DNA from: Eubacterium limosum
GTDB taxonomy: Bacteria; Bacillota; Clostridia; Eubacteriales; Eubacteriaceae
Assembly: GCA_959020865.1 (NCBI GenBank)
Contig: CAUEUD010000001.1
Coordinates: 1-61,361, forward strand
Direction of reading: 5' to 3'
Length of the DNA: 61,361 nucleotides
Shown here: one piece after another, positions 29,973 to 39,525 of the stretch
Layout of the letters: the number at the start of each line of letters is the position of its first letter
Position numbering within the stretch: the stretch's first letter is position 1
Notes under the pieces: generated by a model
The model's database searches: none
Told to the model about the DNA's origin: nothing
The model's input: the letters and a program-made list of their open reading frames with translations, nothing else
Program-made: the position numbers and the translations under genes

Positions 29973-31378
29973 AATCCCAGCACTCCTTTGTTCACTAATC
30001 CCTTGGGGTCAAGGGCGTCCTTGATTTTCTGCATGACCTCGATACCTGCTTCGCCGTGTTCCAGCGGTAAATATTCAGCCTTGGCTTTGCCGCTGCCGTG
30101 GTGGTGTGAGACGTTGCCGCCGTATTTAAGGCTGGTACGGATAGCGGTGTCCAGACATTCCATATAGCGCTTTTCACCGTCGTAATCGTCACCGCCGGTC
30201 TGGGCGTGGAAGATCACATAGACACTGGCGCCGGTATGGTACACGTGTGAAAAATGGCAGTCAACACTGGTGCACATGGGCTCAAGGGCTTTGCGCATTT
30301 CACGCCACACATTGGCAATGCAGTCCCAGGGTGCCGCCACCTCGATGGCATCGGCTGTACCGCCCTTCATCGCGTCGTGATCCAACATTTTTTTCGTGGA
30401 AAAACGTGAGTGGAACCAGTCGTAACCCGGCTTCGGCCCCTTGGGCACACCGCCGTTTAAGGCACAGTAATGATGAACGTATTCCCGCTCCAGATCCACC
30501 TGCTTTTCCAGACCTTCGTAGCCAATGACCAGGAAAACATGGCCTTTTTCAAAGCCGTATTTTTCCATTTTAGGAACACTTTCCTCTTCGTCGTAAAGGC
30601 GCACCACTGCCGGGTGGACATTGTTCTGGACAAACTGGCGGATGGCTTCCAGGCCGTCCTCGGTGCGGTTAAAGGTAAAGGCTTCAAAATAGCGTTTTTC
30701 GGCCACTGGATAAATTTTCATTTCCACTTTGGTGACAATCCCATATACGCCCTCGCTGCCCAAAAACAGCTGGTCCAGCTCTGGTCCCGTTGATGCCTTG
30801 GGCGTTTTGTGTGTGTTCAGCACATGTCCGTTTGGCAGCACCACCTCAAGGGAGTTGACCATATCGTCCATCTTACCGTATTTGGTCGAGAAGGTTCCTA
30901 TGGCGCGCGTGGCGACCATACCGCCCAGCACAGCGCTCTGGAAAGACTGCGGGTACTGGCCGCAGGTATAGCCTGCTTCGTTCAGCCTGTTTTCAAAATC
31001 TGCCCCGGTCAGGCCCGCGCCGCCCACGGCAGTGCAGTTGACAGGGTTAATTTCAAATTCCCTGAGATTTTTAATATCCAGCATGACCTCATGGTTTTCA
31101 GCAATGCTGCCGCCCACAATGCCAGAACCGCCGCCGAAAGGAATGACGCCGACACTGTATTCCTGAGAGAGTGCCATGATCCGGCTGACCTCATCGGTGT
31201 TTCCAGGCATGAGAATGGCTTCTGGCAGAACCTTGTAAGGCCCCTGAAGCAGCCATTTATACTCTCTGGGGTAACAGCCGTGGGCATAGATAAGGCGTTC
31301 CTCCTCACGCCGGAGCACGGTAACCTCTGGCAGCTCTTCCTGAACCGCTTTCAAAAAATCGTGGGTATTTTCTTTCAT
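29969..31378 (-). CDS. FAD-binding oxidoreductase (GlcD/alkyl-DHAP-synthase-like, VAO/PCMH family)
   Basis: IPFGGGSGIVGG, PQSFQSAVLGG.VATR..G..STKYG, GSEG..GIVT, HFSHVY..GAS.Y, SHHHG.GK. Confidence 0.85.
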   Translation of the reverse strand: MKENTHDFLKAVQEELPEVTVLRREEERLIYAHGCYPREYKWLLQGPYKVLPEAILMPGNTDEVSRIMALSQEYSVGVIPFGGGSGIVGGSIAENHEVMLDIKNLREFEINPVNCTAVGGAGLTGADFENRLNEAGYTCGQYPQSFQSAVLGGMVATRAIGTFSTKYGKMDDMVNSLEVVLPNGHVLNTHKTPKASTGPELDQLFLGSEGVYGIVTKVEMKIYPVAEKRYFEAFTFNRTEDGLEAIRQFVQNNVHPAVVRLYDEEESVPKMEKYGFEKGHVFLVIGYEGLEKQVDLEREYVHHYCALNGGVPKGPKPGYDWFHSRFSTKKMLDHDAMKGGTADAIEVAAPWDCIANVWREMRKALEPMCTSVDCHFSHVYHTGASVYVIFHAQTGGDDYDGEKRYMECLDTAIRTSLKYGGNVSHHHGSGKAKAEYLPLEHGEAGIEVMQKIKDALDPKGLVNKGVLGL

Positions 31379-31388
31379 TGTATTCTCC

Positions 31389-31754
31389 TTACTTTGCTTT
31401 AATGTCACGTGCCGCTATAATGTCAACACCTGTGTCCAAAATATTCGAAACCACCACATCGCCCGCCCGGACCGGTGCTTTTACTGCAATGCCGTAAAGG
31501 GCATGGATACAGTCTCTGAGCTTCGTTTTGCTGACCTCTTCATTGCTGACCACAGGCAGCAGGTTAAAGATACCGCCCTCGATTGCAACCGTTGTGGTCA
31601 GCATCCGTTTGGGGTCGGTATACTCATTGACCGCGTATTTTTTCCCGTTATTGCAGTCAAAGCCAGTGGTTTCAAAGGTTCCGTCATCCTTGATGGTCAG
31701 CTCACCCTTGCAGCTTTTGGGGCAGACAATACAGGTATAATTTCTTTTTTCCAT
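31389..31754 (-). CDS. DUF1667 CxxC protein (G3P dehydrogenase-associated)
   Basis: TCIVCPKSC, C..GKKYA..E, PKRMLTTTV. Confidence 0.88.
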   Translation of the reverse strand: MEKRNYTCIVCPKSCKGELTIKDDGTFETTGFDCNNGKKYAVNEYTDPKRMLTTTVAIEGGIFNLLPVVSNEEVSKTKLRDCIHALYGIAVKAPVRAGDVVVSNILDTGVDIIAARDIKAK

Positions 31755-31760
31755 TTTCCA

Positions 31761-33005
31761 TCACTCCTTTGCCACGCTGATACAGATGGGACCGTCTGTT
31801 GTCTTGCCGAGGTCAATGACCTCACAGACCATTTCCGGCGGCTTGACCACCGCGTGTTTTTTCAGCTTTTGGGACTGCCCATTCTGGCTGAATACCAGTC
31901 TTACCTTTTCGTCAGGCTTTCTGACCCGCATAAAGACTGGAACTTCTCCAACTGTCCCGCTTATTTTCTGGGGAACCACAAAGCTGATGTTATCGCCGGC
32001 TTCCACAGCACGGTACTCATTACCTCCGGTCTCACCCTTTATGTAGCGGACTGCGCCGCGGGCCGCCATCTCTCCGGTTTGAGAGACATAGTCCACCAGA
32101 TCAAATACCGTGACCACATTGCCTGCCGCAAAGACACCGGGCACAGAGGTCATCATCTGCTCGTCCACCACCGGGCCGCGTGTCCTCGGGTCCATTTCAA
32201 TATTCAGATGTTCACTGAGCTCATTTTCAGGGATAAGGCCGACTGAAAGCACCAGAAGATCGCAGTCAATGTATTCTTCGGTTCCTGCGATGGGCTTGAG
32301 GTGTTCGTCTACCTTTGCGACAGTAACGCCCTCGATCCGGTCTTTGCCGTGGATCTTGGTCACGGTGGTGCCCAGGTGCAGCGGTATGTCGTAATCCTCA
32401 AGGCACTGGACGATGTTTCGGGTCAGTCCGCCCTCGGTATGCATGATCTCATAGACGCCCTTCACCTCGATATCCTCAAGCGTCATACGCCTTGCCATGA
32501 TGAGGCCAATGTCGCCAGAGCCTAAAATCACAGCCTTCTTACCCGGCAGGTAGCCCTCCATATTAATGTAGCGCTGAACCGCTCCGGCAGTCAGTACCCC
32601 GGCGGGACGCGTGCCGTAAATCATGACCTGTGAGCGCGTGCGTTCACGGCAGCCCATGGCCAGAATAACAGATTTGGCCTTGATCTCAAGAAGGCCGTCC
32701 TCTTCGTTGACCGCATAAATGGTCTTATCCGGCCGGATTTCCAGCACCATGGTGTCCAGCTTGACTTCAATCCCCTCGTCCTCTACCTCGTCGATAAAAG
32801 CCTGGGCATACTGGCCGCCCGTCATACGGCGTTTAAACCGCAGCAGGCCAAAGCCGTCGTGGATACACTGCTGCAGAATACCGCCGAGGGAAAGGTCCCG
32901 TTCAATAATCAAAGTGTCAAGTCCTGCCCTGTGCGCTTCTACGGCTGCTGCCAGCCCTGCCGGGCCGCCGCCGATAATGGCGCAGTCTGTCTGTATCCGG
33001 TTCAT
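31761..33005 (-). CDS. NAD(P)/FAD-dependent oxidoreductase (G3P dehydrogenase partner)
   Basis: GGGPAGLAAA, GGILQQCIH.GFG, LAMGCRER, GSGDIGLIMARR. Confidence 0.88.
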   Translation of the reverse strand: MNRIQTDCAIIGGGPAGLAAAVEAHRAGLDTLIIERDLSLGGILQQCIHDGFGLLRFKRRMTGGQYAQAFIDEVEDEGIEVKLDTMVLEIRPDKTIYAVNEEDGLLEIKAKSVILAMGCRERTRSQVMIYGTRPAGVLTAGAVQRYINMEGYLPGKKAVILGSGDIGLIMARRMTLEDIEVKGVYEIMHTEGGLTRNIVQCLEDYDIPLHLGTTVTKIHGKDRIEGVTVAKVDEHLKPIAGTEEYIDCDLLVLSVGLIPENELSEHLNIEMDPRTRGPVVDEQMMTSVPGVFAAGNVVTVFDLVDYVSQTGEMAARGAVRYIKGETGGNEYRAVEAGDNISFVVPQKISGTVGEVPVFMRVRKPDEKVRLVFSQNGQSQKLKKHAVVKPPEMVCEVIDLGKTTDGPICISVAKE

Positions 33006-34723
33006 TCTTCCTCCCCCTTTCTGGATGCTGTGGTCAGCATTTCTGAGCCCGCGCCACGCTTGGTAACTTCCTCGGGCGCGATCCCCAGTTCCCTGGCAAT
33101 GATTTCCACAACCCTCGGGCCGCAGAAGCCGCCCTGACAGCGCCCCATGCCTGCCCGGGTACGTCGCTTCACCGCGTCCACGGTTGTGGCTGGTATTTTA
33201 CCGTGTATGGCGTCCACAATCTCGGCCTCGGTAATGGTTTCACAGCGGCAGATCACATGCCCGTACAGCGGATTTTTGGCGATAAGCGCTTCTTTTTCTT
33301 CCAAGGTACAATCTCTGAAAGCCTTGTGCTCAGGACGGATAGGGTCATAATCCTCACGCACAGCGGCTTCGGGGTGAAGCGTTGTGTAAATCCCCTCGAC
33401 CCGTTCGGCGATGGCCGGTGAGGACGCCAGCCCGGGAGACTGGATGCCCGCCACATGGATAAAGTTGTCCAGCACTTCAGACGCTTCGATGATAAAATCC
33501 TCAATATAATTGGATGCCCGGCATCCGCTGAAATAGGTGATAATGTCTTTTTCGGAGGCGCCCTCGGTCAGGTGCTTGCCCTTTTCCATAACAAAGCGTA
33601 CATCCTCTTCGTCCACTGCCAAATCATCTTTTTCCGGCACCTCGATGGCTGAAGGGCCCCACAGCGGGTTGCCCTCGGGTGTCTGGGTCGGGCCGCCGCC
33701 CTTGGTAAAGTTTTTAGGCGGTGTGCCGATAAAACATTTGTTGGTGGTTTTGCCGATCTTTTTATCCAGAATGACCAGTGTGCCCCGGCGCGGATGAATG
33801 GTGTAAAACCGGTCGCCTGCCAGCTCTGCGATTTCGTCGGCATACAGGCCTGCGGCGTTGATGACACAGTCGGCTTCGATGATTCCCTTGTCGGTGACCA
33901 CGCCGTTTAAATGGGCGCCTTGTCTGGTAAAGCCCAATACCTCTGTATTCAGCATAAGCTCTGCCCCATTGTCAATGGCGTTTTCAATAAGGGCTTCAAC
34001 GACCTCGTAAGGCTCAACATAGGCTGCCGATGGGGTCCACAGTGCTTTTACCACATCATGGTTGACTGCCGGGTCAATGGCTCTGGCCTCGTCGCCGCTT
34101 AAAATGGCAATGCCAGGCACACCGTTCTTTTTTCCCAGCTCATAGTACTGCTCCAGATAGGCGTCGTCTGATGCGTCAAAACCCACGACAAAGGAGCCGC
34201 AGCGGTTCATTTTAAAATGAAGTTCTTCCTGCCACTGTGTGTACATGGCATTGCCCTTTACATTGAGCAGGGCCTTCAGAGAGCCTGCCTTTGAGTCGTA
34301 GCCTGAGTGGATCATCCCATTGTTTGACTTGGAGGTCCCCTCAGACACATCCGAGGCTTTTTCGACCACGATAATGCGTTTATTGTATTTCGACAGGGTT
34401 CTCGCAATACCGCTGCCGGTTACCCCCGCACCGATGACCACAATATCGGCCTTGCCGATCACACCGGCGTCCTCTGCCTTTTTCACTTCTTCTGCCCGGT
34501 CTCTCCGGGCCGTCTCTGCCCCCTTGACGGTCAGCCTGTTGATGACCCCTTTTACGCCGCTTTTTCCAGCTGCATGGCCAATGTCAACCACATGCTGCCA
34601 GACATCCACTTCGCCAGTCAGGGTGATCACCCCGCGCGCGTCGGCGCTGGCTTCAATTTTGTAATGTTTTAAGGACGGATCGTCCTTTAGTTTCTGATAA
34701 AATTGTGCAACACAATCGGACAC
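33002..34723 (-). CDS. Anaerobic glycerol-3-phosphate dehydrogenase-like FAD/[2Fe-2S] protein with N-terminal BON-like domain
   Basis: IGAGVTG, TSKSNNGMIHSG, C-terminal BFD-like CRCE...CQGGFC; extra N-terminal GVITLTGEV...GVKGVINRL; GTG start after AAAGGAGA. Confidence 0.82.
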   Translation of the reverse strand: MSDCVAQFYQKLKDDPSLKHYKIEASADARGVITLTGEVDVWQHVVDIGHAAGKSGVKGVINRLTVKGAETARRDRAEEVKKAEDAGVIGKADIVVIGAGVTGSGIARTLSKYNKRIIVVEKASDVSEGTSKSNNGMIHSGYDSKAGSLKALLNVKGNAMYTQWQEELHFKMNRCGSFVVGFDASDDAYLEQYYELGKKNGVPGIAILSGDEARAIDPAVNHDVVKALWTPSAAYVEPYEVVEALIENAIDNGAELMLNTEVLGFTRQGAHLNGVVTDKGIIEADCVINAAGLYADEIAELAGDRFYTIHPRRGTLVILDKKIGKTTNKCFIGTPPKNFTKGGGPTQTPEGNPLWGPSAIEVPEKDDLAVDEEDVRFVMEKGKHLTEGASEKDIITYFSGCRASNYIEDFIIEASEVLDNFIHVAGIQSPGLASSPAIAERVEGIYTTLHPEAAVREDYDPIRPEHKAFRDCTLEEKEALIAKNPLYGHVICRCETITEAEIVDAIHGKIPATTVDAVKRRTRAGMGRCQGGFCGPRVVEIIARELGIAPEEVTKRGAGSEMLTTASRKGEEE

Positions 34724-34792
34724 GATTGTCTCTCCTTTCATCTCTTAAAATCATTATTCCAAGGGATCGGCAAAATTGACTGGATGGTGAAC

Positions 34793-34951
34793 TTTTGAGT
34801 TGACAGTTGATAATGGATCGTGGATAGTTTCGGTACAAATGCCCCTGCGCATTTGATGAGAGCACGGCTTTCAGCCGCGGTTTTAATCGCTTGAGCCCGG
34901 GTGAAAGCGTTCCGTAACTATCCACTGTCAACTATCCATTATCCACTAAAA
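34793..34951 (+). repeat. Heptamer-armed cloverleaf element, copy C
   Basis: AGTTGAY/TGGAT arms; CAAATGC/GCATTTG; CGGCT..AGCCG; AATCGC; GTTCC; ATCCACT arms. Confidence 0.85.
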
Positions 34952-35012
34952 CTTAACAGTCCTCCATTTTCCGCTTTGCCTCTGCCTCTTTTTCTTACTC
35001 CTTTACTCGTCC

Positions 35013-36506
35013 CTATGCCTGCTTACGCCAGCCGACGGAGCGCTCGATGGCTTCACGCCAGCCTGCGTACAGCGCTTCGCGTTTTTCCGGTGTGATGGCC
35101 GGTTCAAAGGATTTGTCGATTTCAAGGGATTTGTCAAAATCGGCTTCGGTCCAGAGGCCTGCTGCCAGGCCGGCCATTTCGGCTGCGCCCAGACTGGTGG
35201 CTTCGACGGATAACGGCCGGTCGACACGGGCGTCAAGCATATCTGCCATGAGCTGTGCCAGCAAATCGTTCATCGATGCCCCGCCGTCAATACGGATACC
35301 AGTCATTTTTACGCCGGATTCCTTTTCGACCACATCCAGAATGTCCTTTAAGCGGTAGGCGATCCCTTCCAGCGTTGCCCGCACAATGTGGGCCTTGGTG
35401 GTACCGCGGCTGATGCCAAAAATGGTGCCTCTGGCATAGGGATCGTGATAGGGTGCGCTGAGCCCTGCCAGCGCAGGTACAAAGTAAACCCCGTTAGAGT
35501 CCTCAACTGAACGCGCCAGCGGTTCCGATTCACTGGATTTGTCAATGACCTGAAGCCCGTCGCGCAGCCACTGAACCGCTGAGCCGGTAACGGCTTCAAA
35601 GCCTTCCAGCGCATAATTGATTTCATCCCCGATCTTCCAGGCGATAACCGTATTTAAGCCCTGATCGGACACGACACATTCGTCACCGATGTTGATATCT
35701 AAGAATGAGCCTGTCCCGTTGGTGATTTTACAGGTGCCCTTGGAACGGCAGCCCTGGGCATAAAGCGCGGCGTGCTGGTCGGCAATGGCGCCGCAGATGG
35801 GAATCTCTGCCCCGAAAATATCCGGCTCTGTGGTGCCGTAGTTGCCGGAGTCGTTGACGATTTCGGGATAAATATCGGTTGAAATCCCCAGATAGTCTAA
35901 GAATTCGGTGTACCATTCCCCTGTGCTTAAATCCAGGCTGCCCATGACAGAGGCGTTCGAATAGCTGACCACATGGCTCTTTCCGCCGGTCAGCTTCCAG
36001 ATCAGCCAAGTGTCAATGGTGCCGAAAAGCGCGTCGCCGGATTCGATCTTTTCTTTGATTTCCGGCACATTTTCAAGATACCAGTGCAGCATCAGGGAGG
36101 AATAAACCGGCGCTACCGTCCATCCGGTGGCCTTGCGCGCTTTTTCTCCCCATTCACTGTCATTGATTTCCTGACACAATGCCGCGGTGCGGTTATCCTG
36201 CCAGACAATGGCGTTGTACAGCGGCACGCCGGTGTTCTTATCCCAGACCAGGCAGGTTGCCCGCTGGTTGGTAATGCCGATGGCGGCGATGTCGCTGCTG
36301 GCGATTTTCGCTTTTTCAATGGCTTCACGGCACACGCCCACGCTCTTGGCGTAGATTTCCATGGCGTCGTGTTCAACCTTGTCCTCACTCGGTGTGTACT
36401 GTGTGAATTCTTCATAGCACTGAGATACAATATTAAATTCTTTGTCAAAAATCAGCGCTCTTGTACCAGTTGTTCCTTCGTCAATGACTAAAACATAGTT
36501 TTTCAT
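35013..36506 (-). CDS. glpK: Glycerol kinase (FGGY family)
   Basis: DEGTTGTRA, GITNQR, WQDNRT, GTIDTWLIWKLTGG, VPALAGL.APY; DEGTT and ADQHA variants suggest the substrate may differ from glycerol. Confidence 0.75.
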   Translation of the reverse strand: MKNYVLVIDEGTTGTRALIFDKEFNIVSQCYEEFTQYTPSEDKVEHDAMEIYAKSVGVCREAIEKAKIASSDIAAIGITNQRATCLVWDKNTGVPLYNAIVWQDNRTAALCQEINDSEWGEKARKATGWTVAPVYSSLMLHWYLENVPEIKEKIESGDALFGTIDTWLIWKLTGGKSHVVSYSNASVMGSLDLSTGEWYTEFLDYLGISTDIYPEIVNDSGNYGTTEPDIFGAEIPICGAIADQHAALYAQGCRSKGTCKITNGTGSFLDINIGDECVVSDQGLNTVIAWKIGDEINYALEGFEAVTGSAVQWLRDGLQVIDKSSESEPLARSVEDSNGVYFVPALAGLSAPYHDPYARGTIFGISRGTTKAHIVRATLEGIAYRLKDILDVVEKESGVKMTGIRIDGGASMNDLLAQLMADMLDARVDRPLSVEATSLGAAEMAGLAAGLWTEADFDKSLEIDKSFEPAITPEKREALYAGWREAIERSVGWRKQA

Positions 36507-36650
36507 TTTTTTACTCCTTTACTCCTCAAAAAATGATTATTCAGTTGTCTTCTTTATGCTCAGCTTTGCTGTCAGAAACCTCCTTTCCTCCTTCGCCTGT
36601 AAATGCTTTACATATTCACTTTTTATGTATTTTGTATTGACTTTATGTTA

Positions 36651-36679
36651 ATATTATATGCTTTTTGATGGTTTGTCAA
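36651..36679 (-). promoter_or_regulatory. Putative sigma-A promoter of kinase/G3PDH operon
   Basis: TTGACA with TAATAT at 17 bp (TATAAT overlapping). Confidence 0.55.
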
Positions 36680-36714
36680 CTAATTTTTAAATTTTGCAAA
36701 ATTTACAATAAAAA

Positions 36715-37287
36715 AAGCACACTGGTCTCCACAGTGTGCTTAGCATGTCAAAAACTTTATCATGAAGCGATAAAGCGTTAAAAAGAGGATGGTTCAGTTG
36801 AAAGTTGAAAGTGGAAAATGGAAAGTTCAGGTGCAAATTCGCCATGCGAATTTGATTCGATGCAGCCATAGGCTGCACTTTTAATCGCTTTTGCACCCGC
36901 AAAAGCTCTCTTTAACCTTCCACTTTCAAGCTTCCACCTTCCACCTGAAATTTCCTCTTACTTTTACTTTGAATCACGCTGTCAGCTTTTGGGACAGTCT
37001 AAGCACACTGGTCTCCACAGTGTGCTTAAAATGTCAAAACTCTGAGAGACGAAGCCTTTTACCTAAGGAAGAAAAAAGGGTTCCGCGGGCATTACCCTCT
37101 CCCAGGTATCTTCTTCACTAAAGTTAATGCTTTATCTCGCCAGTGTCCGGCTGTTGCAGTAAAGCGGCACCATTTCCGGCCGTTATTCACAGCGCCAGGA
37201 CCTTTTTTCTTATCTGGATAAAAGGCGCAGTCTCAAACCACGCCACTTCTTTGACGGGATAAACACACTGGTCTCCACAGTGTGCTT
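36715..37287. repeat. Three copies of a 27-bp palindromic repeat (36715-36741, 37001-37027, 37261-37287)
   Basis: AAGCACACTG-GTCTCCA-CAGTGTGCTT, copy 3 with one mismatch; separated by 259 and 233 bp; copy 1 is followed by a T-run on the minus strand (terminator-like). Confidence 0.92.
36793..36949 (+). repeat. Heptamer-armed cloverleaf element, copy D
   Basis: AGTTGAA/AGTGGAA arms; CAAATTCGC/GCGAATTTG; GCAGCC-ata-GGCTGC; AATCGCTTTTGC...GCAAAAGC; TTCCACY arms. Confidence 0.88.
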
Positions 37288-37295
37288 AAATCCTG

Positions 37296-37928
37296 TTAAT
37301 TCCGGCAGATCTGTACGGCAGCCTCGGCGGCGCTTCCTGCGTCCTTGGCAAAGGCGTCACAGCCCGTTTTATCACAGAAATCCTGCGTAATGGGCGCTCC
37401 GCCAATCATAATCTTAAACTGTTCCCGGACACCCGCATCCTCAAAAGCCTTAACAATTTTGGGGATTTCAGGCATGGTGGTGGTCAACAGCGCAGAACAG
37501 GCCACAATATCGGCCTTCTCTTTGACAGCGGCCTCCACAAAACGCTCCTCGGGCACATCAATGCCGATATCCACGACTTTAAAGCCCCGGCCCTCAAACA
37601 TCATTTTTACCAGGTTTTTACCAATATCGTGCATGTCTCCCTTTACGCTTCCCAGCACAATGGTTCCGGCGGCGGTCTGCTGGTTTTCTAAAAGCAGAGG
37701 CTTCAGCACCTCTGACCCGTTCTGCATGGCGTAGCATGAGCACAGCACCTCCGGTATATAGATCTCTTCGTTTTTAAACTCCTCTCCCACCATCTCCATC
37801 GCTTCCATCATGGTGTCCAGAATGGCCTGCGGACTGGTCCCCTTGTCCACTGCCGCCTGCACCATGGAGGGTGTCTCATCCTCTAATCCTTCATAAACCG
37901 CATTTTTTATCTGATCTAATAGATTCAT
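37296..37928 (-). CDS. Corrinoid (cobalamin-binding) methyltransferase protein
   Basis: Cap domain (F...EIYIPEV) plus GDMHDIGKNLV, SALLTTTM, IGGAP B12-binding motifs. Confidence 0.93.
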   Translation of the reverse strand: MNLLDQIKNAVYEGLEDETPSMVQAAVDKGTSPQAILDTMMEAMEMVGEEFKNEEIYIPEVLCSCYAMQNGSEVLKPLLLENQQTAAGTIVLGSVKGDMHDIGKNLVKMMFEGRGFKVVDIGIDVPEERFVEAAVKEKADIVACSALLTTTMPEIPKIVKAFEDAGVREQFKIMIGGAPITQDFCDKTGCDAFAKDAGSAAEAAVQICRN

Positions 37929-37947
37929 TCCTGTCTCCTCTGTTTTC

Positions 37948-39492
37948 TCATTTTAATGCCAGCTTCACCAGGCGCTCGTAGACGTCTGCCTTTCTCAGTG
38001 CCTGGTAGGCATCCTTGTATATTTCAAAATATTCATTATACAGCGCGTGCCGCTGCATATCCGGCTCACAGACGGCAACGATCTTCACCATGTGGGCAAC
38101 GGCTTCACTCACGTTTGCGTAGAGCTCTGCTCCCAGAGCCGCCAGAATCGCCGCACCCAGTGCTGTGGCCTCCTCTACAGCCAGAATACTGCAGGTCTTG
38201 CCATAAATATCTGCCTGGATATGATTCCAGACGTCGGATTTTGCGGCGCCGCCGCTCAGTACAATCGCGTTGACCTCAACGCCGTTTGTGATCATCTGGT
38301 CGATGATTTCGCGGGTTTCGTAGGTAACGCCCTCCATAATGGCCCGTGCCATGGCCTGCCGGCTGTGGCCCAGGGTCAGGCCGATAAAGGTTCCCCGAGC
38401 AAAGGGGTCCCAGTTCGGCGCGGCTGAACTGGCAAAATACGGGATACAGATGAGCCCGTCGCTGCCGGGACGTATGCCCTCGACCTGTTCATTGATCAGG
38501 TCGTAGGGGTCGATTCCCAGGGCCTTTGCCTTTTCAATCTCTGGCACGGCAAATTCATTCCGGTACCATTTCAGGGAGCTTCCAGCCGCGTTCTGCAGGC
38601 CTTCTGTCTCCCACTTGCCCGCTACGGTATGGGCCGAGCATGGCAGGCGCATGCTGCCGTCGTAGATCGGCTCGTCCATATAGGCCAGAGTGACGCCTGC
38701 GGTGCCGATGGTCACCTCAATGGTGCCTTTTTTCACAGCGCCTGCACCAATGCCGGCGCACTGCTGGTCGCCGCCGCCCGAAACCAAAAGGGTTCCCTCG
38801 GCAAAGCCTGTGAGCGCACTGCTCTCTCTGGATATTTTCCCAACCACCTTGCCCGAAGGCACCAGGTCGGGCAGCTTGGATTTGTCAAGTTCCAGAGCGT
38901 CTACGAGCTCATCGCTCCACTCAAAAGCCTTGATGTCCATCAGCCCCTGGAGGGAGCCGTTGGACCAGTCCTCAAAGTAGCCCTCTGCGCCGAGCTTGTT
39001 TAAAATACGCTCCTGATCCATGGCAAATTTATAGGTTTTTTCGTAAATTTCCGGCTGGTGTTTCTTGATCCACATGATCTTGCTGACTGACCAGGTCGTG
39101 CCCACTGGCAGGCCGGTGATCTCATAATAGCGCTCTGCGCCCACCAGGCGGCCGATCTCCTCACATTCCTCAAAGGAACGGCTGTCCTGCCAGGAGATGG
39201 CAGACCGCAGCGGCATACCGGCTTCATCCACCGGGGTAAAGGTACAGCGCTGGGTGGAAAGGCCGATGGCGCGGATTTCCGCAGGATCGACGCCTGCTTT
39301 TGCGATGGCTTCACGGGTGGCCTCACAGGTCTGCTGCCAGGTCATCTCTCCGTCCTGTTCTACCCATCCCGACTGCGGAAAGGTACAGGGATACTCACGG
39401 TAGGCACTGCTGACAGTGGCGCCCTCCATGTCAAAAATAATCACTTTTACGCCAGTTGTTCCGATATCGATTCCACTAATATAATTTTTCAT
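37948..39492 (-). CDS. FGGY-family carbohydrate kinase (xylulokinase-like)
   Basis: GIDIGTTGVK, WQDSRS, GGGDQQCAGIGAG, SGGAAKS..W..IQADI. Confidence 0.9.
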   Translation of the reverse strand: MKNYISGIDIGTTGVKVIIFDMEGATVSSAYREYPCTFPQSGWVEQDGEMTWQQTCEATREAIAKAGVDPAEIRAIGLSTQRCTFTPVDEAGMPLRSAISWQDSRSFEECEEIGRLVGAERYYEITGLPVGTTWSVSKIMWIKKHQPEIYEKTYKFAMDQERILNKLGAEGYFEDWSNGSLQGLMDIKAFEWSDELVDALELDKSKLPDLVPSGKVVGKISRESSALTGFAEGTLLVSGGGDQQCAGIGAGAVKKGTIEVTIGTAGVTLAYMDEPIYDGSMRLPCSAHTVAGKWETEGLQNAAGSSLKWYRNEFAVPEIEKAKALGIDPYDLINEQVEGIRPGSDGLICIPYFASSAAPNWDPFARGTFIGLTLGHSRQAMARAIMEGVTYETREIIDQMITNGVEVNAIVLSGGAAKSDVWNHIQADIYGKTCSILAVEEATALGAAILAALGAELYANVSEAVAHMVKIVAVCEPDMQRHALYNEYFEIYKDAYQALRKADVYERLVKLALK

Positions 39493-39525
39493 CTCTACTC
39501 TCTCCAAAAATTATTTTTTATTCGC

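Noticed and set aside
36530..36600. Small ORF behind a strong AAGGAGGAAAGGAGG Shine-Dalgarno-like run upstream of glpK
   Set aside because: No start codon at suitable spacing.
36715..37287. CRISPR array (palindromic 27-bp direct repeats)
   Set aside because: Spacers are 233-259 bp rather than about 30-40 bp, there are only three repeats, and no cas genes are present; reported instead as a hairpin-duplication array.
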